Shown here: positions 23,346 through 33,982 of the stretch, piece after piece
Layout of the letters: the number at the start of each line of letters is the position of its first letter
How positions within the stretch are numbered: position 1 is the first letter of the stretch
Source of the DNA: Rebecca billardiae RCC1528
Lineage: Eukaryota > Protista > Haptophyta
Reading direction: 5' to 3'
NCBI GenBank assembly: GCA_965240325.2
Contig: OZ251231.1
Span: forward strand, 2,356,001-2,420,000
DNA: 64,000 nt
Program-made: the position numbers and the translations under genes
Notes under the pieces: model-generated
The model's database searches: none
Seen by the model: only the letters and a program-made list of their open reading frames with translations
What the model was told of the DNA's origin: nothing

Positions 23346-24572
23346 ATGGAGAACATCCATGTGCACTCGCACCACGTGCCGCCGACGCCGCCCCGGGGCA
23401 AGTCATCGCCTGGCACGCCGCTCCGCACGCCCCGCTCGCTGCGCAGCTGTCTGCTGCGCGCGAAGGCCGTGATGCTCCCGCAGCAGCGGCGCGCGCGGCG
23501 GTGGCGCGCGGCCTTGGGCGCCGCTGTGCTCCTGCTCGTGCTCCCCGCGCTGCGCTGGACCTCGTCCGACCGCGCGGTGCGCGTGGAGATCGTACACATC
23601 GACGATATGCTGTCTGAGCTCGCGAAGGACCCGCCGCGCCGCCGCGCGCTCGACCTTCCAGTCTACTATCTCAACCGCGAGGTTGATCGCGAGCGGCGCG
23701 CACTCATCGACGCGAGGCTCGCCCCGCTCGGCGCGCCCTCGGTGCAGCGCATCCCGGGTATCGACGGGAGCCTGCACATCGCCGAGAGCTGGGCGCACTC
23801 CGGCTTCAGGTGGGAGTCCCCCGCCGAGCTCGGCTGCACGCTCTCGCACCTCGCGGCCGCGCGCCAACTGCTGCTGGACGGCCACGAGGCGGCCATTGTG
23901 CTCGAGGATGACGCGCACCTGGGCGCGGCCTCGCGCTGGCCGTTCACGCCGGCTGAGCTTGTCGCGCAGCTGCCCCCCGAGTGGACGACGCTCCAGCTGT
24001 ACCACGACGCGGACGCGCGCCACGCGCCGACGACGGGCGCCGCCGCGACGCTGGTGCCGTACGCGCACCGCGGCGCTCGCATGCGCGGCGCCGTCGGCTA
24101 CGTCCTCTCGCGCCGAGGTGCGGACATGCTCATGCGGCTCACGAGGGGCGGGCGCGCGCTGCACCGCGCGTCGATCGGCACGCGCGACGGGCGAGCGGAC
24201 ACGCTGCTCTTCGAGTTCCCCGGCGCGATACCCTTCGCCGTGTGGCCGCGCTACGTGATCCCCTACAACGACCTTTCGCCCGCGCGCCGCTCGACTGTGT
24301 ACCGCCCGGCGTCTCGCACGCTCGCTCACGTGCGATCGGCGCGGGCGGTGCTCGAGCAGGCGCTGGCCGCATGGCCTTCGTGGCTCGTGGCTGAGCAACG
24401 TGCTCGGCGAGACGCCGCGGAGAGGAAGACGCGCGAAGAAGCCGCAGGCACCGGCCGTGCTGCTGACAGCATGGGTGGCCTTGTCGACGACGACGATGCC
24501 AGTGACGATGACACTGACGACAGCGCAGACAGCGATCCAGCCCTCGTCGTGCTAACCGATTTCATCGAGTGA
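23346..24572 (+). CDS. Glycosyltransferase family 25, type II membrane protein
   Basis: Single TM, VYYLNREVDRERR, GIDG, ELGCTLSH, IVLEDDA, GAVGYVLSRRGA. Confidence 0.88.
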   Translation: MENIHVHSHHVPPTPPRGKSSPGTPLRTPRSLRSCLLRAKAVMLPQQRRARRWRAALGAAVLLLVLPALRWTSSDRAVRVEIVHIDDMLSELAKDPPRRRALDLPVYYLNREVDRERRALIDARLAPLGAPSVQRIPGIDGSLHIAESWAHSGFRWESPAELGCTLSHLAAARQLLLDGHEAAIVLEDDAHLGAASRWPFTPAELVAQLPPEWTTLQLYHDADARHAPTTGAAATLVPYAHRGARMRGAVGYVLSRRGADMLMRLTRGGRALHRASIGTRDGRADTLLFEFPGAIPFAVWPRYVIPYNDLSPARRSTVYRPASRTLAHVRSARAVLEQALAAWPSWLVAEQRARRDAAERKTREEAAGTGRAADSMGGLVDDDDASDDDTDDSADSDPALVVLTDFIE

Positions 24573-25669
24573 TGAGCGTTGTACCGACGATGATGATCTA
24601 GCGATGATGTATAGCTGTTCACGCGCGCGTCGTCGGCGTCCCAGACGAGTATGATCGCGCCGTCCGCGCGAGCCGTGCGGCCGCGGTGACGGTCGCGGCC
24701 CGGGCCCGCCGGGCCCGGCCCCGGGCGGCCGCCCTGGCCCGCGGGCCGCCCGCCGGCCCGCCGCCCGCCGGCCCCGGGGCCGCGGGCGCGGCAGCCGCGC
24801 GGCAGCGGGCAGCCGCTCCGCCCGCAGCCGGCAGGCCGCGACGTGCGGCGACGTGACTTATAGCACGATAGCACTTATTAGCTAAGCATCAGTCGTCGTC
24901 ACACCGGTCCGCCTGAGGCTGTAGTCATCAATAATAATTCATCAGATCAGCAAGTACTAATTTAGCATAGCTATGCGCATGATGATTATGGATTTGTCAG
25001 CATCGTCAATTCTGCTGACGTGACGAGTACGACGCGCGATTATTATTCTAGCCTGACGCTTGCCCGTTGCATACCACGTCGTTAAATATATACTTTACAC
25101 TGCGTGTTTAATTAATAAGTATATATAATAACGGTCATCCATGATGCTGCACGGGCACCTGCTTTTTTATAGGCGTTATTATTAAATTAGGAATTGCTTC
25201 GACGACGCTGATGCGCAGGCCGACGGCGACCCGGCCCTGAGCCGCTCGGAGCGACTAGCTAGTCGTAGCTGATCTGAGTGATCACTGGGCTCATCAGCAT
25301 CATCATATCACGAATTGCATGTATGACGCGATATGCATTGTTTTTTTAATATTTGTGAAACTTTGACCGCAGTCCGCGCGGCGGATGACGCGGCTGAGCC
25401 ACTCCGGGGCACTTCAGTCGGCACTCGCCAGAAGATGGCGATAGGCGATGGCAAAGGCTGCGAGCAGTCTTCTCCTGTCTTCTCCTGTTGCGAAAGGTTG
25501 GTCTCGCGTCATCGTCGTCATCGCGTGTTGTTGGGAGCGGGGCGGCGATGATCGACGCAAAATCAAGACTCCGTCGACGCGCGCGACGACTTGCAGATGG
25601 CGAGTACTCGGTAGTCAATGGGACCGCACGATGGTGCAGAGGCAACTGTATGAAAGGGCGCCGACGGCG

Positions 25670-28600
25670 TCACGAGTTGATAGCCCCGCCCACGTGGTCG
25701 GCGGCCTTGGCCCACACGTGCCAGTTGGCGTGCGAGCGGAAGGCCGGCATGCCGCTCGCGGTGTGCACGCCCACTTCCACCAGGCTGCTGAAGCGGAGTG
25801 CAAGCTGCACCTGCTCGACCGTCGCGCCGAGCGCGCGCATGCGGTTGAAGCCGACGACAATGTGCGCGGGCACCCAGCCGTGCGCGTCCATCAGCCCGCG
25901 CAGGAAGCAGTCCCTGCCCAGGTTGGCGTCGCTGAAGTAGTACTCGACCTGCTGGATGATGAGCCCAGTGCGCAGCTGCTCGGCGTGCGCGCCGAGACCA
26001 GGCGGGTAGGGCGTGAGCTCGGCCTCAGGGACGCAGCACGGCGCAGCGCCGAACGCGCGCGCATCCGGCACCGGCTCTGGCATCGCCGCTGTGTCGCAGG
26101 GCGAGAGGCTGGGCGGCGGGCTGGAGCCCTCGGCCCAGTGCTCGGCTTGCGGCAGCATCGCCGTCGGCACAGGCAGCGCGAACGGAGTCGACTGGACGAG
26201 GGGCGACGCGGGTGGCGAATGCCAGCAGGCCGCGGGCACAACGCCATTCGGCTCGGTCGGCACGTCGTGCGCAGCAGCCGATGGACCGCGCGGCTGCGAG
26301 CTCGCTGGCGGCGGCGAGAGGCAGGTGGCGTCGAAGGCGGGTGTCGGCGTGGCCGCGCGCGGGGCCATGGCACCAAACTGCAGCCGGCGCGGCACGTTCC
26401 GCCCCAGCGGCGCCATGTCAGGTGTCCACCGACGAGTCGGCAGCTTGGGCTGCAGCTTGGGCGCGGCCTGCTCCGGCGTGCCCTCCGCCTGCGGCAGCTC
26501 CTGCCACTGCTGCTGCGGCTGCGGCTGCGACGGCTGTAGCTGCTGCTGCTGCGGCTGCGCGCGCCGCGGCGCCATCTGGCGCGCGTGGGGCGGAGAGGGA
26601 AACGAGCGACCGTCCTCAGCCGCGGCCTCCCACGCCTGCTCGGCTTCTGGGCTTGGGTGACTCGGCGACCGAGGCCCGGCGTGACGCGACGACGCCTCGA
26701 GCGACTCGGCAGAGGCCGCGCCTGATGCGCCCGCCGCGCTGCTGGCGATTCCAGGCCCGGCCTCGGGCTCGGCGGCTGGGCGAGCGAGCGTGCGACGAGA
26801 GCCCAGCGCAGCGGCGTACAGGGCAGCGTCGGCGGCGGCCACGCGCTCGGCCGCCTCCTGCCGCTCGCGCTCCTCGCGCTCGGCGCGCCAGGCCTCGTGC
26901 TGCGCGCGCGCGCGCTCCGCCTCCGCAGCCGCGCGCTCTGCTTGGGCGGCCTCCTCCGCGTGCGCGCGCGCGACTCGCTGCTTCCACCGCCTGCGCGAGG
27001 CTGCGGTCGGCTTGCGCCGCGCGCCGCTCGGTGGGTGGGGCGGCGGCGTCGGCGCCGCCTCGCGCTCGAGCGCATCCTCGTCAATCTGCGCGTCACGCAC
27101 GCGCATGGCATGCAGCACTCGCTGCATCGTCTCCAGCAGCTGAAGGGTCTCGGCCGCGCACACTCGTGCCGCGCGCATCGCGTACGCGGTCGCCATGGTG
27201 TGCAGCGGCTCGAGGGCCTCGGCGGGCGGCGCAAGCTCGCGCATCAGCGAGCCCGGCTCGCGGTGCATCGTATCGAGCAACCTCAGCGCTGTCATGCCCT
27301 GGCGCATGCACGATCGGTGCACGTAGGTGAACGCGCTGCGCGACGAGTCCGGGCGCGGGTGCGAGTGAGCGTGCTCGTGCCTCGCCGCCTTCTCCATCGA
27401 GCGCGCCCAGCGCACGAGCTGGTCCACGCCGCCGCGCACGCGGTCAAAGGCCTGGTCGGAGGCGAGGGCCATCAGCTTGACGACGCGGGCGCCCTCGCTC
27501 GGGCCCTCGGGCGTGCTCGCTGCCTCCTCCTCGAAGAAGAAGCGCGGCGAGTCGGTGAAGAGGTGTGCGAGCACGTTCATGTACTGCACCGCCGCCTCCT
27601 CGTCGAGACACCCCTCAGCTGACACCGGCACCTCCACCGTCCACTCGCGCTCGGAGGCGCCGCCGCCCCGGACGGGACGCGCGGACGCCGGGCCCGGGCT
27701 CGAGCTCGCGCCCGCGGGAGGCGCGACAGCGTCGGCGTCTGATGTGGCGTGCTGCTCGGCGCACTCGCTCGCGCCGCCGTCGAGGCGGAGCGCGCCGGCG
27801 GGCGCGAACGGGGCGAGCATGTCGACCAGCGTGTGCAGGTACTTGTCCGCCCCTAGCAGGAGGTTGTTCAGCAGTTGGCGGAGCCTCTGGCCCTCCTTCC
27901 ACGCGCCCAGGCCTCCCACGAGAGGCGTGCACAGATTGTTGGCGACCTGCGACGCGAGGCCCGTGACGAGCTTCGACTCGAGATCCAAGTCGGGCGTGGC
28001 GCCAAAGGACTCGCGCGCCGACCACGCGCACGAGTGCACCAGCAGCTGGCGCAGCAGCGGCAGCAAGCGCGCCGCGCTCAGCCCGCCGCCCGCGCGCACG
28101 CCCGCACCATGCGCGTCGCCGCTCGCGCGCTCCGCCTCGGCGGCGGGCGGCTGCAGCGGCTGCCTCTGGCTCGCCGGCAGCTCCTCGCACAGGGAGGCCG
28201 GCAGCATGATCTTGAGCAGCGCGAGCAGCCCCACCAGGGCAGTGCCGCGCTCGACGAGGCCCTCGTACGACTCGACGGCTGTCGCGCTCAGCAGCAGCGC
28301 GTGCTCGTAGTCGCGCGCCTCGAGGCACGCGCGCACCAGCTGCGTGACGTGGGGCGGCGAGAGCTCCACGTCGCGCACGAGCGCGTAGAGGCTGCGCATC
28401 ATAGGGCGCGCAACCGCCGCGCACGTCGTCCGCATCGACTCGGTCGCCTGGCGGGCGAGGGCGATCTGGGCTGAGGCGGCGTCCGTGCTCCACCGCTCGG
28501 TGCCGGCATACTCGCGCCCGACACCGCCCGCCATCCAGTCGAACTCCACGCTGCGACGCACGTAGCGCACCGCCTGCGCGATCGCGCGGAGCAGCAGCTG

Positions 28601-30280
28601 CATGCAGCTGCACCTGGCCCCCGGGGTCGTGCTGATCAGCAGCTCCGCCTTGCCCTGGGTCTCCTCCCGCCACCCGACCAGCGCCGCGATCCGCCGCTCG
28701 ACAATGTCGCGGACGATGTCGAGGAGGGGGCGCGTCTTGGCGCACATGCGCCGCGCAGCGTCCGCGTCCGCCCTCAGGATCTGAAAGAGAGGCGGCAAGA
28801 CTTCCGAGACCAGCAGCGGGACGAGCACGTGCGCCGGCTGCCGGTTCAGCGCCATCGCCCAGAGGGGCACGAGCTGACCGAAGAGCGCAGGAACGACGTC
28901 CGGCTTGTTGCCGAGGCACAGCCCGTCCTTGCCGTCAATGCATTCACCGAGCAGCACCTGGAGGTGCAGCCGGGCCGAGGTCGACGCGCGCAGCGGCTCC
29001 TCGAGCGAGCGCTGCTTCGCCAGCGCCTGCGCGAGATCAAGGAGCAAGCTCGACGCCGGGCTGGACGCGTACCCGCTCGCCCATGCGGCGTCTAGCATGG
29101 TGCTCGGCGTGCACAGCATGCCGACCAGGGCGCGCACGTCGTGCACGCGCTGCGCGAGGCTGGCTTGGCCGCCGAGCTCGGCGAGCTCACACGGAAGGAG
29201 GCCAAATCGCTCATCCGCCATCGGAAAGGTGAGCTCGGCGCTCGCGAGGCCCAGGTCGCGCACCAGGTCAGACGCCGGCGCGATCATCGCGCAGATTGGG
29301 CTCCACTCCCAAAGACGGCTCAGCGCGTTCACCAGGAGCTCCTCGGCCTCCGCCTCGTCGTCGACCGCGGCGCACGAGAGCAAGCCGCGCTTGACGCCAA
29401 TGTTGTGTCGCAGCCCGCTAGCGAGCCGCTCCTTCTCCTCGCGTAGCGTCGCGCGCGTATGACCCGTCCTGCTCGGCGCGCCACGCGCGCGGTGCGCCCA
29501 CGTGCGAGCGGCGGCGGTGAGGTGGCAGCAGGCAGCGTGCGCATGCGCGGGCGCGGAACGCGCGCTCAAGATCAAGATGGCGGGGAGGGCGCAGGGCGCG
29601 CTGAAGCGCTCACCACTGCGCGGCCTCCACCTCTTGCTCGTCCAGCTCGGCGATCTTGAGGTTGAACGTCTCGCGGACCCGCCCCACGCGCCCCTGCCGG
29701 AATGCCTGGTTGCCGTTGCGCCGCTGAAGCGCGCAGAGGTGTGCGGGCGCGGCGCGGGCGCCTCGATCAGCTGGCGGCACGAGTGCCAGCGGGCGCACGG
29801 CGGGCTCGTAGGGCTGCGTACCTCCTGCCGCTCCTCCCTATTGATCAGCTTGGTGCGCTCCGCCTGGTACTTCTTCTTGCGCGACTGCTCGCGCTGGTCG
29901 TATTCGCCGAGCTCGTCATCGATCTTCTTGATCCGCTCGATCTGGGAGGCCGTGGCCACGCCGATGGCGTGATTCGCGCGCTGCACCTCTGCGTCCAGGT
30001 CTTCTGACACGTCGCCGGGCAGCGACAGCACGTCGACGCAGCACGGCGACCCTCGATGTGCTCGCCAGCCGGCGTCGCGGCAGGCGGCGCACTTGCGGAT
30101 GGTTTTCTTGGAGCAGTGCCCCTGCTCGAAGAGGCCAGCGAAGACGTTGCCCGCGGCCAGTGGCATCAGGAAGGCACCGCTACACACGGCACAGAACGCG
30201 ATGCGCTCGCGATACCCGCTTTTCGCCGTGCAGGTCGCGCAGTCGCAGCACTCGTCAACATCGTCGTCCTCGCTCGACAT
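25670..30280 (-). CDS. Large protein with N-terminal Cys-rich region, helical core and C-terminal La motif (introns 29724..29821, 29469..29613)
   Basis: IIQQVEYYFSDANLGRDCFLRGLMDAHGWVPAHIVVGFNRMRAL is a La HTH motif; two GT-AG introns restore a continuous coiled coil. Confidence 0.78.
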   Translation of the reverse strand: MSSEDDDVDECCDCATCTAKSGYRERIAFCAVCSGAFLMPLAAGNVFAGLFEQGHCSKKTIRKCAACRDAGWRAHRGSPCCVDVLSLPGDVSEDLDAEVQRANHAIGVATASQIERIKKIDDELGEYDQREQSRKKKYQAERTKLINREERQEVRSPTSPPCARWHSCRQLIEAPAPRPHTSARFSGATATRHSGRGAWGGSARRSTSRSPSWTSKRWRPRSGERFSAPCALPAILILSARSAPAHAHAACCHLTAAARTWAHRARGAPSRTGHTRATLREEKERLASGLRHNIGVKRGLLSCAAVDDEAEAEELLVNALSRLWEWSPICAMIAPASDLVRDLGLASAELTFPMADERFGLLPCELAELGGQASLAQRVHDVRALVGMLCTPSTMLDAAWASGYASSPASSLLLDLAQALAKQRSLEEPLRASTSARLHLQVLLGECIDGKDGLCLGNKPDVVPALFGQLVPLWAMALNRQPAHVLVPLLVSEVLPPLFQILRADADAARRMCAKTRPLLDIVRDIVERRIAALVGWREETQGKAELLISTTPGARCSCMQLLLRAIAQAVRYVRRSVEFDWMAGGVGREYAGTERWSTDAASAQIALARQATESMRTTCAAVARPMMRSLYALVRDVELSPPHVTQLVRACLEARDYEHALLLSATAVESYEGLVERGTALVGLLALLKIMLPASLCEELPASQRQPLQPPAAEAERASGDAHGAGVRAGGGLSAARLLPLLRQLLVHSCAWSARESFGATPDLDLESKLVTGLASQVANNLCTPLVGGLGAWKEGQRLRQLLNNLLLGADKYLHTLVDMLAPFAPAGALRLDGGASECAEQHATSDADAVAPPAGASSSPGPASARPVRGGGASEREWTVEVPVSAEGCLDEEAAVQYMNVLAHLFTDSPRFFFEEEAASTPEGPSEGARVVKLMALASDQAFDRVRGGVDQLVRWARSMEKAARHEHAHSHPRPDSSRSAFTYVHRSCMRQGMTALRLLDTMHREPGSLMRELAPPAEALEPLHTMATAYAMRAARVCAAETLQLLETMQRVLHAMRVRDAQIDEDALEREAAPTPPPHPPSGARRKPTAASRRRWKQRVARAHAEEAAQAERAAAEAERARAQHEAWRAEREERERQEAAERVAAADAALYAAALGSRRTLARPAAEPEAGPGIASSAAGASGAASAESLEASSRHAGPRSPSHPSPEAEQAWEAAAEDGRSFPSPPHARQMAPRRAQPQQQQLQPSQPQPQQQWQELPQAEGTPEQAAPKLQPKLPTRRWTPDMAPLGRNVPRRLQFGAMAPRAATPTPAFDATCLSPPPASSQPRGPSAAAHDVPTEPNGVVPAACWHSPPASPLVQSTPFALPVPTAMLPQAEHWAEGSSPPPSLSPCDTAAMPEPVPDARAFGAAPCCVPEAELTPYPPGLGAHAEQLRTGLIIQQVEYYFSDANLGRDCFLRGLMDAHGWVPAHIVVGFNRMRALGATVEQVQLALRFSSLVEVGVHTASGMPAFRSHANWHVWAKAADHVGGAINS

Positions 30281-30463
30281 GATTGACAGCCAACGGTCGT
30301 CGGCTCGTCGCGGAGGCGAAGACCTTTAAGACTCTGCGCACTGGTCTGCACATTCAAGTTTAGGACGAACAAGCCGGACTCCATCATACAGCTCCGGAGC
30401 CAGCACTGGTGAGCAGGCTTGGTCAGGACTTCAAGGACTGTCTTACGGCTTACTGTACCGCGA

Positions 30464-30497
30464 GCAAAGGACCATCAAATACTTGATGGTCCTTTGC
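30464..30497. promoter_or_regulatory. Perfect 15-bp inverted repeat in a divergent promoter (partial copy at 4575..4600)
   Basis: GCAAAGGACCATCAA-ATAC-TTGATGGTCCTTTGC; function inferred only from position. Confidence 0.45.
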
Positions 30498-30516
30498 CGC
30501 GAGTCACATTCGGCCT

Positions 30517-32532
30517 ATGGCGGCCGCCGCGCCCAGCGCCGAGCTCGACGAGCACCGGCCGCCGGCAGTGCGGCTCGGCAAGTCGGGTGAGGACGGCACG
30601 ACGCAGCAGTCCGTCGACCCCTTCTTCGTTGGGTATGCCGACGCGTCTTCTGGCGAGCCAGAAGGCCGTTCTGCGGCGCACGCCCGCGAGTCCGACGTGG
30701 CCAGCATGGGTCGCGACCTGCCGTCGACGCCCGAGCCGCCCCCTTGGCATAGCCCGCCCGGCCCGGGCGATCGACGGCCGTCAATGACCGGCGCCGAGAT
30801 GCGCGAGTGGCACCTACACCAGCAGTACTACGAGGACCGGATCCGCACGCTCTCGCAGTTCCCGGTCGCGCTGGTCGCGACCGGCCTGATCCTCATCTAC
30901 TTTGCAGACATCCTGCGCTCACTGGCGATCGCGGCGCTGCTCTGGCTCATCTTCTCGCCGATGATCGAGCTCCTCTCGGAGCCGTGCTACTACCCCGTGC
31001 AGGCGCTGCTCTGCCTCGCGGGCGCGCGCACCTTGCGCAGCGGCGCGCCTTCGGCGCGCGACGTCGACGGCGCGCGCTGCCGCTACCTGCTGAGCACCGC
31101 GGACATCATCGCGCGCATCAAGGTGCCGCGCGTGCTGTGCGTGCTCCTCGTCCTCGTCTTCGTGGGCTTCTGCTTCTGGCTCCTCATCGCCAAGACCTTC
31201 ACCTCGATCTCGGGCCTGCTGCGCGACTCTGACAACCTGCTGACGATGCTGTCCGCCAAGGTGGACGAGCTGCGCGGCATGATCGACCAGTCGATGCTCG
31301 CAGACACGGTCGACTGGGACGCGGTGATCCGGCAGATGGTCTCGCACGCGCGCGAGCTGACCACGCAGGACTCGATCGAGCAGGGCATCTGGTGGCTGCT
31401 CAACCTGATCCGCGTCTCGCTCGGCAACTTCTTCCTCGTCTTCCTCATGTTCATGTTCCTCACGCTCGTCGGCGAGTTCCGCTACCCGTCGACGCAGGGG
31501 AACCACCCAAAGTCCGAGCAGGTGCTGGTGGTGGAGAAGTACCTGTACGCGCAGACGTTCCTCTCGCTGCTCACGGCGGGGGTCAACGGCACGATCTACG
31601 GCTACCTGCACGTGCCGGCGTCCTTCATCTTCGCGCTGATGACGTTCTGGCTCAACTTCATCCCGGTGATTGGCTCGATCATCGCCGTGCTGCTGCCGAT
31701 GCCGCTGGTGCTCGTCGTGCTCGACTTCCACGACTGCCTGATGGCGCTCATCCTGCCCACGATCACGCAGCTGCTCATCGGCAACACGCTCTACCCCGTG
31801 CTGATGGGGCGCACGATGTTGCTGCACCCCGTCACCATCCTCGTCGGCATGTCCATGTGCGCGCGCGCTCGCGCCTGCGCGGCGCCGGCGGATGCGCCAT
31901 CATCCACGCGCGAGAGAGAGAGCCGACGGCCCAAGCGCGCGCGCGGCGCTCGCGCTCCGCACGCGCAGGTTTGGCACGGTGTGGTCCATCCCGGGCATGA
32001 TCCTCTCCGTGCCCATCCTCGGCGTGCTCAAGTCCTTCTTCGGCGCGACGGACCACCCGTACGCGCAGGTGTGCGCGTACGTGCTCGAGGGCAGCGTGAC
32101 CAAGGCCATCGAGGCGTGGGAGCTCGCGCGCAGGCGGCACATGAACGCCACCACCATGTCGCCCCGCGGGAACCAAGGCGAGCAGCACGGCTTCAGGGCG
32201 CGACCCAGCATGTTCTGTGCGCGCTCGCGCGTGCGCACGCGCGCACATCTACACAGCGTGGCGGCATGCGTGGCGGCTCGCAGGCCCGCGTGCTGGCCGT
32301 GGCGCGCGCGCGTGGGTGGCGCTGGCAGGGCGTTGATGCGCGCGCTCACAAGCCTGCCCACCTTGGCTCCCCCATCGCCGCCCGCCGCGCTCCCGCCTGC
32401 ATGCCACACGCAGCCCTGCCACGCAGCTTTCACGTCTCTGCGCCAGATCTCGACGCACACATACACAACTCGGGCGGCGGCGCAGGCGGCGGAGCGGGCA
32501 GCGGCTACTCACGCCTTCGAGACCATCGGTAG
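30517..32532 (+). CDS. AI-2E (UPF0118) family transporter (introns 31857..31968, 32217..32446)
   Basis: LNFIPVIGSIIA, QLLIGNTLYPVLMG, LHPVTIL, spliced M|FGTVWSIPGMILSVP. Confidence 0.88.
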   Translation: MAAAAPSAELDEHRPPAVRLGKSGEDGTTQQSVDPFFVGYADASSGEPEGRSAAHARESDVASMGRDLPSTPEPPPWHSPPGPGDRRPSMTGAEMREWHLHQQYYEDRIRTLSQFPVALVATGLILIYFADILRSLAIAALLWLIFSPMIELLSEPCYYPVQALLCLAGARTLRSGAPSARDVDGARCRYLLSTADIIARIKVPRVLCVLLVLVFVGFCFWLLIAKTFTSISGLLRDSDNLLTMLSAKVDELRGMIDQSMLADTVDWDAVIRQMVSHARELTTQDSIEQGIWWLLNLIRVSLGNFFLVFLMFMFLTLVGEFRYPSTQGNHPKSEQVLVVEKYLYAQTFLSLLTAGVNGTIYGYLHVPASFIFALMTFWLNFIPVIGSIIAVLLPMPLVLVVLDFHDCLMALILPTITQLLIGNTLYPVLMGRTMLLHPVTILVGMSMCARARACAAPADAPSSTRERESRRPKRARGARAPHAQVWHGVVHPGHDPLRAHPRRAQVLLRRDGPPVRAGVRVRARGQRDQGHRGVGARAQAAHERHHHVAPREPRRAARLQGATQHVLCALARAHARTSTQRGGMRGGSQARVLAVARARGWRWQGVDARAHKPAHLGSPIAARRAPACMPHAALPRSFHVSAPDLDAHIHNSGGGAGGGAGSGYSRLRDHR

Positions 32533-33017
32533 TGCCCACTGGAGCCTAAGCCGCGGATGGCGTTGCGCAATCACGAGATCGCTGCGTTTGAGGAGGCCGC
32601 GCTTAAGCAACGTTGGCATCGTACCCGTCGTTATTAGCAGCATCCGGCGACCTGCCGGCGGGAAATGGGTCCTCCTCGATGCGGCTCGGCATCATCATCA
32701 TCGCGGCGGCATCATTGATGCCAACATTTACATTGCCGTCGTGCGCGGTCCAACGGCCAGCCTACATTCGCGTAGTATAATGTTCGCGCGGCTACTGACA
32801 ATAATGCGTTTATCACTCGCGACAATATATATAATACGAAGCCTGCTCGTCGCGCGCGCTTTTACGAGTTACGACGCGACTGCAGACTATGTATTCGCGC
32901 GATGATGACCCGCCATATAATGATTATGATAGAAATGATCAGCAGAGACTGAGACTCAGACAGAGAGATCATCGAGCATCGTCAGAGCAATTAATAATAA
33001 CTAAAATTCTGATCTGA

Positions 33018-33382
33018 TGGCGCACGCCCCCCCCCCCCCCCCGAAAGGTCTGACTGAGCGTGAGCGAAAGCCGGGGGGGCGGCGCACGTGCTCCGCAAAA
33101 TCAAAAAAGATAATGGCGCGCGTGATGGTATGGGGATTTTGTAATTTTAGCAGGGGGAAAGCTGCTTATGAATATTCTGAATGAGATTCAACCCCAGGCT
33201 TGATGACGGTTTGATTGCGTTTCTACTATACGATTCCCCTGTCCGTATTGACCCTTAACTTTAAGTTAGTAATAACACTATTAGCTAGGAAACAGCATGG
33301 TCCAATAGCAAACACCAACCCTGCGTCCGAACATTCTATGGTAAGATGTCTGAATTACAAGTAAGAGCCTGAAACAGCTCGC
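33018..33382. repeat. Dispersed repeat R1, copy 1 (second copy 50259..50562)
   Basis: Shared blocks ATGGCGCACG-Cn-GAAAGGTCTGA..GCGTGAGCGAAAGCC-Gn-CGGCGCACGTGCTCCGCAAAATCAAAA, TGATTGCGTTT and GTAAGATG.CTGAATT..GTAAGAGCCTGAAACAGCTCGCC. Confidence 0.85.
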
Positions 33383-33982
33383 CAAGTATAGGAAAGAGAC
33401 TAGAGAGGTTGTGGATCGGCTCCTCTGCCGCTTGAAGTGGGTGATGTGATCGTGGTTGGTATTTGGTTAAGCCCGTTGATCAATACACAATAACACATGA
33501 AAGATCTCATCGAAATCCCATAGGGCGACCGGTATCTTTGAATGAAGCGCCAAACGCCGTCTTTCAGCGCGCCTACAGTATCTTCGAAGCGAAACGCTGT
33601 TTTTCAGCTCGCCTCTTATGGGACGAGGGCCGAAAATATATGTAAAGGTGATTACGTGCTACGGCGTGCTAATCAGTGCCCGTGTGTCCGGGACCGAGTT
33701 TGATGATAATATGAAAAAACGTGAGCACGCACACACATCTTCATATGATCTCCCGTTGATTAATACTGCTCACACGGCTTCGCGCGACAAAAGGCGCTGC
33801 CTTCGCCACGACGCGGGCTCGCGAGCAGAGCAGGCGGGCACTGCGTGACGCACACACACGATCGTTCATTCAATCCGACAAGACTCAGCGCAGGTGCGCG
33901 CAGCTGCGGCGGGTCCCAACAGAGAGAGAGAGTGAGAGCAGGTGACGAGAGACTGAGAGATGAGAGCGAGACGAGAGTTACT

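Noticed and set aside
24690-24835. Almost pure G/C stretch
   Set aside because: Low complexity with no periodicity or defined boundaries
33045-33090. Hammerhead-ribozyme-like CTGACTGA-GC(GTGA)GC-GAAA
   Set aside because: The core has an extra base, there is no UH cleavage site after the putative stem III, and the second copy lacks the CUGANGA core. The faint likeness to a 16S rRNA segment does not extend either.
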